Origin: an uncultured Frankiaceae bacterium
GTDB taxonomy: Bacteria > Actinomycetota > Actinomycetes > JAFAQI01
Direction of reading: 5' to 3'
DNA: 41,498 nt
Assembly: GCA_964510285.1 (NCBI GenBank)
Contig: CAZEAM010000138.1
Span: 1 to 41,498, forward strand
The translations under genes were made by a program, and so were the position numbers. Below are positions 7,344-16,409 of this stretch, piece after piece. Under the pieces are notes generated by a model. It searched no databases, was not told the DNA's origin, and saw nothing but the letters and a program-made list of their open reading frames with translations. The number at the start of each line of letters is the position of its first letter. Position 1 is the stretch's first letter.

Positions 7344-8807
7344 GTGCCTCGTGACCGTGCTTATCGGCTGTTCATCGGCGGCGAGTGGGTGGAGCCGGAC
7401 AACGGCTACTACGACGTCATCAACCCAGCCGACGAGTCGGTCGTCGGTCGTGCCCCGGAGGCGAGCAAGCAGCAGGTGTACGACGCCGCGGCGGCTGCGA
7501 AGGCCGCGTTGCCGGCCTGGTCGGCGACCAAGCCGGAGGAACGCGCCGAGATCCTGAACCGGGTGGTCGAGGTCATCGGCAAGCACGCCGACGAGTACGC
7601 CGAGATCGCCCAGGCCGAGACGGGCGCGACCTCGGCGACGGTGAAGTCGCTGCAGGTCAACGTGGCGATGCAGCGGTTCCGGCGCTACGCGCAGGGTGCC
7701 CTCGAGTCCAACCAGATCCCGCTGCCGCCCACGGTGAGCGAGTCGACGCCGCTGTCGAAGGGTGGGCTCACCGGCGCGCTGGTGATCCGGCAGCCGGTCG
7801 GCGTGGTCACCTGCATCACGTCGTACAACAACCCATGGGCCAACCCGTCGGGCAAGATCGCGCCGGCTCTCGCGATGGGCAACACCCTCGTGGTCAAGCC
7901 CGCCCCGCAGGATCCGCTGTCGGTCGTCCTGATGACCGAGGCGCTCGAGGAGGCCGGGCTGCCCCCCGGCGTGGTCAACCTGATCAACGGCCAGGCGGTC
8001 GAGGTCGGACAGGCATCCGTCGACTCCCCGGACGTCGACATGGTCAGCTTCACGGGCAGCACCCAGGTCGGCCGAGCGATCGGCGCCGCGGCCGGTGGGC
8101 AGATGAAGCGCGTCCTGATGGAACTCGGCGGCAAGGGCGCCGCGATCGTCTTCGAAGACGCCAACCTGCAGGCCGCGATCGGCGCGATCGGGACGACGTT
8201 CTCCTTCTACTCCGGTCAGATCTGCACCGCGCCGACCCGCGTCTACGCCCACGCATCGGTCTACGACCAGGTGGTCGACGGGCTCACCAAGTACGCGACG
8301 GCGCTGAAGGTCGGGGATCCCACCGCGCCGGACACGGTCGTCGGCCCGGTCATCTCCGCCGTGCATCGCGACCGGGTGGAGGGCTACGTCGCGAAGGGCA
8401 AGGAGGAGGGCGCGACGTTGCTCGCGGGTGGCGAGCGCCCGGCCATCGACGCGGGCTTCTACGTCGCACCGACGCTGTTCGCGGACTGCCGCAACGACAT
8501 GTCGATCGTGCGCGTAGAGATCTTCGGTCCGGTCGTCTCGGTGGTGAAGTTCGATAGCGAGGAGGAGGCGATCGCGCTCGCGAACGACTCCGACTACGGC
8601 CTGATCAACTACGTCTGGACGGCGGACCTCGCGCGTGGTTACCGGGTCGCGAAGCAGCTGCAGTCCGGCACCGTCGACCTCAACACCGTCACCCAGCAGA
8701 TGGAGGCGCCGTTCGGCGGCTTCAAGCAGAGCGGCGTGGGGCGCGACCGCGGCTCGTTCGGCCTGCACGCCTACAGCGAGATGCAAGCGATCGTCTGGCC
8801 CGGCTGA
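7344..8807 (+). CDS. NAD(P)-dependent aldehyde dehydrogenase
   Basis: 487-aa ORF (GTG start) with ALDH motifs LFIGGEWVEP, VLMELGGKGAAIVF and FYSGQICTAPTR (catalytic Cys). Confidence 0.92.
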   Translation: MPRDRAYRLFIGGEWVEPDNGYYDVINPADESVVGRAPEASKQQVYDAAAAAKAALPAWSATKPEERAEILNRVVEVIGKHADEYAEIAQAETGATSATVKSLQVNVAMQRFRRYAQGALESNQIPLPPTVSESTPLSKGGLTGALVIRQPVGVVTCITSYNNPWANPSGKIAPALAMGNTLVVKPAPQDPLSVVLMTEALEEAGLPPGVVNLINGQAVEVGQASVDSPDVDMVSFTGSTQVGRAIGAAAGGQMKRVLMELGGKGAAIVFEDANLQAAIGAIGTTFSFYSGQICTAPTRVYAHASVYDQVVDGLTKYATALKVGDPTAPDTVVGPVISAVHRDRVEGYVAKGKEEGATLLAGGERPAIDAGFYVAPTLFADCRNDMSIVRVEIFGPVVSVVKFDSEEEAIALANDSDYGLINYVWTADLARGYRVAKQLQSGTVDLNTVTQQMEAPFGGFKQSGVGRDRGSFGLHAYSEMQAIVWPG

Positions 8808-8835
8808 TCGTCAACCCGAGTTGGTAAGGAGCGCC

Positions 8836-9891
8836 ATGCGCGGCGTTGTGTACGACGGCACCGGCTACCAGGTCGTCGACGACCTGTCGGTGAAGGACCC
8901 CGGTCCGGGCGAGGTCGCGGTGCGGATCCACTCGGCGGGGCTCTGCCACAGTGACCTGTCGGTGATCAACGGCACCATTCCATTCCCGACGCCGGTGGTC
9001 CTCGGGCACGAGGGCGCGGGCGTCGTCGAGGCGGTCGGGTCCGGCGTCACATCCGTGAGGGAAGGGGACCACGTCGTCCTGTCCACGCTGGGCAACTGCG
9101 GCGCGTGCCAGTACTGCGACGCCGGCAAGCCGACGATGTGCCGTTCGACCTTCGGCGGCCGGCCGCAGCCGTTCACGTGGAAGGGCGAGGCGGCGTACGC
9201 CTTCGCCAACGCGTCGGTGTTCTCCGAGCAGACGGTGGTGAAGGCCAACCAGGCGGTGCCGATCCCGAAGGACGTGCCACTCGACGCGGCGTCGCTGGTC
9301 GGCTGCGGCGTGCTCACCGGCGTCGGTGCCGTGCTCCAGCGCGCACGGGTTCCCGAAGGCGCCAGTGCGCTGGTCATCGGGGTTGGTGGGATCGGCCTCA
9401 ACGTGATCCAGGGCCTCGCGCTGGCCGGCGCGTCGACGATCATCGCGGTCGACACCAACCCGTTGAAGAAGGAGATCGCCGCGACCTTCGGTGCCACCCA
9501 CTTCATCGAGAGCACCGAGGGGGTGAAGGAGGTCGCACCCAACGGGGTCGACTTCGCCTTCGAGTGCGTAGGACACGTCAAGCTGATCCGCGCCGCGATC
9601 GACCTGCTCGACTGGGGCGGGACCGCGGTCATGCTCGGCGTGCCGGGCTTCGCCGACGAGGCGTCGTTCAACGTCTCGTCCATGTACCTGGACAAGGGCG
9701 TGCTCGGCTGCCGGTACTGCACGTCGCAGCCGCAGCGTGACATCCGCCGGTACGTCGAGCTGTACCAGCAGGGACGGCTCAAGCTCGACGAGCTGGTCTC
9801 GGCGAGGTACCCGCTCGGCGATATCACGAAGGCGGTCCACGCGATGGAGTCCGGCGAGCTGGCCGCCCGCGGCGTACTCGCGATCGCCTAG
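8836..9891 (+). CDS. Zn-dependent alcohol dehydrogenase (MDR family, class III/mycothiol-type-like)
   Basis: Internal ATG 8836 of ORF 8635..9891, preceded by AAGGAG. Motifs GLCHSDLS, GHEGAGVVEAVG, CGACQYCDAGKPTMC and VIGVGGIGLNV. Confidence 0.9.
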   Translation: MRGVVYDGTGYQVVDDLSVKDPGPGEVAVRIHSAGLCHSDLSVINGTIPFPTPVVLGHEGAGVVEAVGSGVTSVREGDHVVLSTLGNCGACQYCDAGKPTMCRSTFGGRPQPFTWKGEAAYAFANASVFSEQTVVKANQAVPIPKDVPLDAASLVGCGVLTGVGAVLQRARVPEGASALVIGVGGIGLNVIQGLALAGASTIIAVDTNPLKKEIAATFGATHFIESTEGVKEVAPNGVDFAFECVGHVKLIRAAIDLLDWGGTAVMLGVPGFADEASFNVSSMYLDKGVLGCRYCTSQPQRDIRRYVELYQQGRLKLDELVSARYPLGDITKAVHAMESGELAARGVLAIA

Positions 9892-9904
9892 GGGAGGCTG
9901 CCGA

Positions 9905-10546
9905 GTGCCGGTCGACGTAGCGGCGCTCGTCGACCCCGGCCACACGGCGGTCGTCACGAGCGAGTGCCAGAACAGCGTCGTGGGCTCGCAGTCGATGCTG
10001 CCCGAGCTCGCGGACGCGGCTGCGGCAACCGTCGTCCCCAACGGCGCCCGGGTCTGCACGGCGGCCCGGGCGGTGGGCGCCTCGGTCGTGCACTGCGTCG
10101 CCGGGCGGCGACCCGACGACCGCGGATCGAACAGCAACGCCCGGCTGTTCGGCGCGGTGTTGAAGTCGCCCGTCGTCCCGTTGCTCGGCACGATGGCGAC
10201 CGAGGTGATCGAAGAGTTCGGGCGGGCCGACAGCGACCTGGTGCTGTCCCGGATCCACGGGCTGAGTCCGATGGCGGGCACCGACCTCGACCCGGTTCTC
10301 CGCAACCTCGGGGTGTCCACGATCGTCGTGGTCGGAGTGTCGGTGAACGTTGCGATCAGCAACCTGGTGATGGACGCGGTGAATCGCTCCTACCAGGTCG
10401 TGGTGGTCCGCGACGCCGTCTGCGGCGTACCGCCGGCGTACGCCGACGCGGTCCTCGACAACACGCTGTCGCTACTCGCAACCGTGATCACGACCGACGA
10501 GCTGCTGGGTCACTGGGCGAGCTGGCGTCGTACTGATCGGAAGTAG
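9905..10546 (+). CDS. isochorismatase-family hydrolase
   Basis: GTG 9905 within ORF 9737..10546, sequence VPVDVAALVDPGHTAVVTSECQNSVV...IVVVGVSVNVAISNLVMDA. Shows the isochorismatase-like beta-strand pattern. The usual N-V-C-V nucleophile position reads NVAI, so there is no Cys. The 3' end overlaps the convergent DUF1990 gene by 37 nt. Confidence 0.75.
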   Translation: MPVDVAALVDPGHTAVVTSECQNSVVGSQSMLPELADAAAATVVPNGARVCTAARAVGASVVHCVAGRRPDDRGSNSNARLFGAVLKSPVVPLLGTMATEVIEEFGRADSDLVLSRIHGLSPMAGTDLDPVLRNLGVSTIVVVGVSVNVAISNLVMDAVNRSYQVVVVRDAVCGVPPAYADAVLDNTLSLLATVITTDELLGHWASWRRTDRK

Positions 10547-11058
10547 CTGCGCAGCGCGATCTGTTGCAGCAACAGGGAGACCGGCCCCACCACCTTGACC
10601 ATGCGGGATCCGGGCCGCGAGAACGCGACCACCTCGAGCCAGACCCGGTCGTCGTCGAGGGTTACCAGGAACGCCTCCTCGCCCGATTCCGGATGGTCCG
10701 GGAGCGTCCCGTAGCCGAAGCCGCGCCGTCGTGGCTCATCGACGACGTAGAGCTCCCGGCTCGGTATGACGAGACCGATCCGCCCCCCGGCGGCGAGCAC
10801 CGCCGTGCGGCCCTCGGCGGCGGGCCCGCCGGCGGCGACTGTCAGGCCCGAGCCGCGATGCATGTCCCAGCCGAGGACGATCTCGCAGGCGCGCCGGAAG
10901 TCCTGCTCGCCCTTTCCGACCTCTCGGCGAAGCCGGGTGTGGTGGTAGCCGCCGGGCAGCGCCGGGCTGCGGGTCGCGCCGACCTCGGCATAGGTGAGAT
11001 CGCGACTTTCGTACTCGGCAAGCAGGGCGGTGAGTCGATGGGTGTTGGCGAGGCGCAC
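10510..11058 (-). CDS. DUF1990 family protein
   Basis: 182-aa ORF. The LTYAEVGATR motif and overall length match my memory of DUF1990. Confidence 0.7.
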   Translation of the reverse strand: MRLANTHRLTALLAEYESRDLTYAEVGATRSPALPGGYHHTRLRREVGKGEQDFRRACEIVLGWDMHRGSGLTVAAGGPAAEGRTAVLAAGGRIGLVIPSRELYVVDEPRRRGFGYGTLPDHPESGEEAFLVTLDDDRVWLEVVAFSRPGSRMVKVVGPVSLLLQQIALRSYFRSVRRQLAQ

Positions 11059-11067
11059 CCGATCTAC

Positions 11068-11907
11068 CTACCCCGTGAGCCAGTCGACGATCATCTTGTT
11101 CACTTCGGCCGGCTTCTCGACGTGCAGGAAGTGGCCGGCGCCGTCGATGATGTCGACCCGCGACTCCGCGGACAGGTGCTGCTCGGTCCCGGTGATGCCG
11201 TCGACGGCGAAGCACCCGTCGGCGTTGCCGTGCAGGTAGAGCGTGGGGTGCGGGGGCGACTGGTCGCCCCCGCCCGCGGTGAACATCGCCCGGTAGTAGC
11301 CGATCGCCGCGGAGAGGTTTTCGGGTCCGCGCAGCGCGTCCTTCACGTGCGCCAGGTCTTCGGCCCCGTCGTATCCCGGCGACCAGTCGGCCCACAGCTT
11401 CTCGATGAACAGCAGGTCGTCCGCACCGACGACCACCTCGGCGAACGGGGTCTGGAAGAGCATCACGTAGAAGCTGCGCTTGAGCTGCTCGTAGCGCATG
11501 AAGGCGCTCGCCGCGATGCCCGGCGGCGGCACCGCGATCGTGACCAGCCGACGCCACCGCTCGGGTGCGATCGCGGCCGCGTTGTAGGTCATCATCGCGC
11601 CCCAGTCGTGCCCGACCAGCACCGCGTCGCTCCCGCCACCGAGCGCATCGTGCAGGGCGTTGACGTCGACCGCGAGCGTTGCCGCCGAGTAGTCACCGTC
11701 GGCGGGGACTACCGTCGGCGCGTAGCCGCGCAGCCAGGGCGCGACGGCGCGGTACCCGGCCGCGGCGAGGTCGGGAAGCAGGTGCCGCCAGGTGTGCGCG
11801 GAGTCGGGGAACCCGTGCAGGCACAGCGCGAGCGGGCCGTCCGCGCCGCAGGTGAGCGCACCGAAGGTCAGGCCGTTCGCCTCGACCGTGGTCTGCGTGA
11901 TCTGCAT
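11068..11907 (-). CDS. alpha/beta hydrolase (epoxide-hydrolase-like)
   Basis: 279-aa ORF with LCLHGFPDSAHTWRHL and the nucleophile elbow VGHDWGA. Confidence 0.85.
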   Translation of the reverse strand: MQITQTTVEANGLTFGALTCGADGPLALCLHGFPDSAHTWRHLLPDLAAAGYRAVAPWLRGYAPTVVPADGDYSAATLAVDVNALHDALGGGSDAVLVGHDWGAMMTYNAAAIAPERWRRLVTIAVPPPGIAASAFMRYEQLKRSFYVMLFQTPFAEVVVGADDLLFIEKLWADWSPGYDGAEDLAHVKDALRGPENLSAAIGYYRAMFTAGGGDQSPPHPTLYLHGNADGCFAVDGITGTEQHLSAESRVDIIDGAGHFLHVEKPAEVNKMIVDWLTG

Positions 11908-11912
11908 GCCGT

Positions 11913-11919
11913 TACCGTA
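11913..11919. promoter_or_regulatory. overlapping face-to-face -10-like hexamers (TACCGT on the + strand, TACGGT on the - strand)
   Basis: Both hexamers fit TANNNT. Each ends exactly 6 nt before its start codon (GTG 11925 on +, ATG 11907 on -) inside a 17-bp divergent intergenic gap. Confidence 0.4.
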
Positions 11920-11924
11920 GCGAC

Positions 11925-13085
11925 GTGGACCTGCGCTTCTCGGCCGAGGACGAGGCGTTCCGCGACGAAGTGCGGACCTGGCTGAACGAGCATCTGGTCG
12001 GCGAGTTCGCCCAGGTCGCAGACGCGGGTGGTCCCGGTCGAGAGCACGAAGGGGTCGAGGTCCGCCGCGCCTGGGAGAAGGTGCTCGGCGAGGCCGACTG
12101 GTCGTGCATCGGCTGGCCGAAACCGTACGGCCGCGGCGCGACCCTCATGCAGCAGGTGATCTTCGCCGAGGAGTACGCCGCATCGGGCGCCCCGCACCGG
12201 ATCAACCATTTCGGCGAGAACCTGCTCGGCCCGACGCTGATCGAATGCGGCAACGAGGAGCAGAAGCAGCGCTTCCTGCCGAAGATCAAGCTCGGCGAGG
12301 AGCTGTGGTGCCAGGGCTACTCCGAGCCGGGCGCCGGATCGGACCTCGCCGGTGTGAAGACCAAGGCGGTCCGCGACGGCGACGAGTGGGTCATCACCGG
12401 CCAGAAGGTGTGGACCTCCCTCGCCCACATCGCCGACTGGTGCTTCGTGGTGACCCGGACCGACCCGGACTCCACCCGGCACGCGGGGCTGTCCTACCTG
12501 TTGGTGCCGATGCATCAGGACGGCATCGAGATCCGGCCGATCGTGCAGATGACCGGCGGCGCGGAGTTCAACGAGGTCTTCTTCGACGGCGCCCGCACCG
12601 CCGCCGACAACGTCGTGGGCGAGGTCGGTGACGGCTGGCGGGTGGCGATGGCCACGCTCGGCTACGAGCGGGGCGTGGCGACGCTCGCCCAGCAGATCGG
12701 TTTCGCGCGTGAGCTGGAGCAGGTCATCGATCTGGCGAAGCAGACCGGGGCCGTCGACGACCCGATCCTCGCCGACCGGCTCACCCAGGCCTGGATCGAG
12801 CTGAAGGTGATGCGCTATACCGCGCTGCGCATGCTCTCTACCGACAAGCCGGGTGCGGAAGCCTCGGTGTCGAAACTGATGTGGGCGCCCTGGCACCAGC
12901 GGCTGGGTGAGCTGTCGATGGCAGTTCGGGGAGCCGCCGCGCTCGAGACGGATGCCACGACCGGTGAGCTCGACGACCTGCAGCGGCTGTTCCTGTTCAG
13001 CCGTGCGGACACGATCTACGGCGGCTCCAACGAGATCCAGCGCGACATCCTCGCCCGCCGGATGCTCGGCCTGCCACGGGCGTAG
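11925..13085 (+). CDS. acyl-CoA dehydrogenase family protein
   Basis: 386-aa ORF (GTG start) with motifs CQGYSEPGAGSDLAGV, DGDEWVITGQKVWTS and IYGGSNEIQRDILARRMLGLP. Confidence 0.92.
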   Translation: MDLRFSAEDEAFRDEVRTWLNEHLVGEFAQVADAGGPGREHEGVEVRRAWEKVLGEADWSCIGWPKPYGRGATLMQQVIFAEEYAASGAPHRINHFGENLLGPTLIECGNEEQKQRFLPKIKLGEELWCQGYSEPGAGSDLAGVKTKAVRDGDEWVITGQKVWTSLAHIADWCFVVTRTDPDSTRHAGLSYLLVPMHQDGIEIRPIVQMTGGAEFNEVFFDGARTAADNVVGEVGDGWRVAMATLGYERGVATLAQQIGFARELEQVIDLAKQTGAVDDPILADRLTQAWIELKVMRYTALRMLSTDKPGAEASVSKLMWAPWHQRLGELSMAVRGAAALETDATTGELDDLQRLFLFSRADTIYGGSNEIQRDILARRMLGLPRA

Positions 13086-13183
13086 CGCCGTACCGGCGGG
13101 GTGTCAGCGGCTCCCGTGGCAGAACCGGGCAAATCGTGCTTCCCTAGTGGTGACGGGGTTGGTGACATTCTCAGGCAGGCGTG

Positions 13184-13378
13184 ATGAAGCGGTTCATGAT
13201 CGTGGTGGCAACCGCCACCGTCGCTGCGGGCGGCGTGGCGATCCCGGCGACCGCGAGTGCGGCCGCCGCACACCACCACAAGCATCACGCCAGGGCGAAC
13301 AACATCCAGCGTCACCCGTGCGAGGGGCTCGGCATCGACCTCGCGCTCGGCTCGATCAACATCTGCGTCCCGCTTTAG
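13184..13378 (+). CDS. small secreted His-rich, two-Cys peptide (hypothetical)
   Basis: 64 aa from ATG 13184 (GTG 13181 is an alternative start). Signal peptide MKRFMIVVATATVAAGGVAIPATASA, then AAAHHHKHHARANNIQRHPCEGLGIDLALGSINICVPL. GC3-rich codons, weak SD. Confidence 0.5.
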   Translation: MKRFMIVVATATVAAGGVAIPATASAAAAHHHKHHARANNIQRHPCEGLGIDLALGSINICVPL

Positions 13379-13475
13379 CCCCGCCCGGCGGTGTCCGCTT
13401 GGTGACCGCCGCTTGCTCCGAGCGCCCGCGCAGCGCCGAGCGCGAACAGTCCAGCCGCCCCCCGCGGCATCGGGG

Positions 13476-14636
<1,161 letters not shown>

Positions 14637-14655
14637 GCCCCAGAGGCTACCGAAG

Positions 14656-14676
14656 GACCTGACGCGGCGTCAGATT
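14656..14676. promoter_or_regulatory. operator-like palindrome (GACCTGACG-CGG-CGTCAGATT)
   Basis: Perfect CTGACG-N3-CGTCAG core in the divergent thiolase/fucosidase intergenic region. On the minus strand, TAGCCT (14649..14644) lies 7 nt before thiolase ATG 14636. Confidence 0.45.
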
Positions 14677-14729
14677 CGCGCCGACCATCGCCGGCAGGTG
14701 CCGGCGCCGCCGCTGATGAACGATTCCGG

Positions 14730-16292
14730 ATGGGGAGCGGGCGGGAACCCGGGAGTCACGCGGTCGGTCGCCGTGAGCTGCTCGCGGGGAGCCTGGGTGG
14801 CGGCCTCGCGCTTGTCGCAGGCGGCCGGGCGCGGGCCACGGCGGCACCGCGCCGCGGGCCGCGGTACCGGTACGCGCCGAGCCCCGCGTCGCTCGCTGAG
14901 CACCCGTTGCCCGACTGGTGGCGCGACGCCAAGTTCGGCGTCTTCGTCCACTGGGGCGTCTACTCGGTGCCGGCCTGGGCGCCGACGAACTGGTTGTTGA
15001 ACCTCGCCGAGTGGTACTGGCGCTTCCAGTCCTTGGCCGGCACGCCGTACTGGAAGCACCATCTCGAGACCTACGGCGCGAACCTCGTGTACGACGACTT
15101 CATCCCGCACTTCCGCGCCCAGCGCTACGACCCGGCCGGCTGGGCCGACCTGTTCCGCGACGCGGGCGCGCGCTACTTCATCCTCACGACGAAGCACCAC
15201 GACGGGTTCGCGCTGTTCCCGTCGGCGGGCAGCCGCCGCAACGCCGCGGCGATGGGCCCGCGCCGCGACCTGGTCGGGCCGCTCGTCAGCGCAGCCCGCA
15301 AGCGCGACCTGAAAGTGGGCTTGTACTACTCGGTGCCGGAGTGGTTCAACCCGGCGCCTCATCTGCAGCTGACGCTTGATCGGGTGACCGCCGGGCTCGG
15401 TGGCGGGACCGACGCCCTGGTCACCCAGGCGGTCGACGCGGCGGTGTTCAACCAGGGCGGTCCCTCGAACGCCTACACCCTGCTTCCCGTGCCGTACCGC
15501 GGCTACCGCTGGGTGGCCGACTACGCGCACTTCGAGCGCGCGCAGCTGCGCGAGCTGATCCGCCGCTACCACCCGGACGAGATCTGGGCCGACATCGGCG
15601 GCCCGGAGGACTACTTCCGAGGCAACGAGACCATCGCGGCGTTCTACAACCAGGCCGAGACCCACAACCCGGACGGTGTGGTCGTCAACGACCGCTTCGG
15701 CGACTACCGCACCCACCACGACTACGTGGTCATCGAGAACGGAGGCTCCTACGGACTCGGCGACTACACCGGCGGGCCGAGCGAGACGGTCCGGACGATG
15801 GGTACCTCGTGGGGTTTCAACCAGGCTGAGCACGACTACGCGCCCGTGGAGACCTTCGTCCGTGAACTGGTCAACGCGGTCGCCAACAACTCCAACTACG
15901 TCCTCAACATCGGGCCTCGTGCGGACGGCACGATCGCCGAGCCGCTGGTCAACCGGCTGAAGGGGATCGGCGACTGGCTCGAGATCAACGGCGAAGCGAT
16001 CTACGCGACCCGGACATGGACGAGGCCGGGGGCGGGCGCGGTCCGCTACACGATCGGGAAGCACGGCAGGCGCTACGTCATTGCGCTGGGCTGGCCCGGC
16101 AGGGAGCTCGTCATCGACGGGCCCGCGCCGATCCCCGATCACGCGAAGATCGTCCTGCTGGGATCCGATGGTCGCCCGTTGCGCTGGCGGCGGTCGGGGT
16201 CCACGGTCCGGATCACGATGCCCGCCGGCGGCAACCTCCCACGCGCGACTCGCAGCAGGCACGCGTTCGCCTTCCGCATCTCGCCCGACTGA
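14730..16292 (+). CDS. alpha-L-fucosidase (GH29) with a Tat-type signal
   Basis: Internal ATG 14730 of ORF 14154..16292 (MGSGREPGSHAVGRRELLAGSLGGGLALVAGG). GH29 signature DAKFGVFVHWGVYSVPAWAP. The upstream part of the track ORF overlaps the thiolase antisense strand. Confidence 0.85.
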   Translation: MGSGREPGSHAVGRRELLAGSLGGGLALVAGGRARATAAPRRGPRYRYAPSPASLAEHPLPDWWRDAKFGVFVHWGVYSVPAWAPTNWLLNLAEWYWRFQSLAGTPYWKHHLETYGANLVYDDFIPHFRAQRYDPAGWADLFRDAGARYFILTTKHHDGFALFPSAGSRRNAAAMGPRRDLVGPLVSAARKRDLKVGLYYSVPEWFNPAPHLQLTLDRVTAGLGGGTDALVTQAVDAAVFNQGGPSNAYTLLPVPYRGYRWVADYAHFERAQLRELIRRYHPDEIWADIGGPEDYFRGNETIAAFYNQAETHNPDGVVVNDRFGDYRTHHDYVVIENGGSYGLGDYTGGPSETVRTMGTSWGFNQAEHDYAPVETFVRELVNAVANNSNYVLNIGPRADGTIAEPLVNRLKGIGDWLEINGEAIYATRTWTRPGAGAVRYTIGKHGRRYVIALGWPGRELVIDGPAPIPDHAKIVLLGSDGRPLRWRRSGSTVRITMPAGGNLPRATRSRHAFAFRISPD

Positions 16293-16293
16293 T

Positions 16294-16377
16294 CCGAAGT
16301 AGCACACGAAGCCCGCTCGCGGCCGGTGGTTCCCGCTCCGTGTGGCGCGCGCGGGCGGACTTTGTGTGCTACTTCGG
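16294..16377. repeat. 84-bp element with 18-19 bp terminal inverted repeats (CCGAAGTAGCACACGAAG...ACTTTGTGTGCTACTTCGG), copy 1
   Basis: Arms read directly, with one G-T position. The GC-rich interior is partly self-complementary. Starts 2 nt after the fucosidase stop and abuts the operator at 16378. Confidence 0.8.
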
Positions 16378-16402
16378 TATCTGACGGGTCGTCAGATATC
16401 GT
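16378..16402. promoter_or_regulatory. perfect operator palindrome TATCTGACG-GGT-CGTCAGATA overlapping a -10-like TATCGT hexamer
   Basis: Two 9-bp arms are perfect reverse complements. TATCGT (16397..16402) ends 7 nt before GTG 16410. Confidence 0.6.
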
Positions 16403-16409
16403 CCCGCGA

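Noticed and set aside
7138-7557. 139-aa track ORF with the repeated peptide RPRPPPYSGDGSDDPSD
   Set aside because: It is the 57-58 bp intergenic tandem repeat read in one frame. The 58-bp period breaks the frame logic, the ORF runs into the aldehyde dehydrogenase out of frame, and its composition is Arg/Pro/Ser-rich like other shadow ORFs.
7299-10362. Long antisense ORFs (7299..8786, 8722..10362). The same applies to 1577..2752, 5847..7133, 14670..16307, 31607..33100 and 37884..40127.
   Set aside because: These are typical high-GC shadow ORFs opposite well-supported genes. Their translations are Arg/Ala/Gly/Pro-rich with no recognisable motifs, and the opposite-strand frames carry clear enzyme signatures and GC3 bias.
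16378-16398. The main palindrome being a KstR or KstR2 operator
   Set aside because: TATCTGACGGGTCGTCAGATA fits neither TnnAACnnGTTnnA nor AnCAAGnnCTTGnT. Only the separate box at 40784 resembles KstR.
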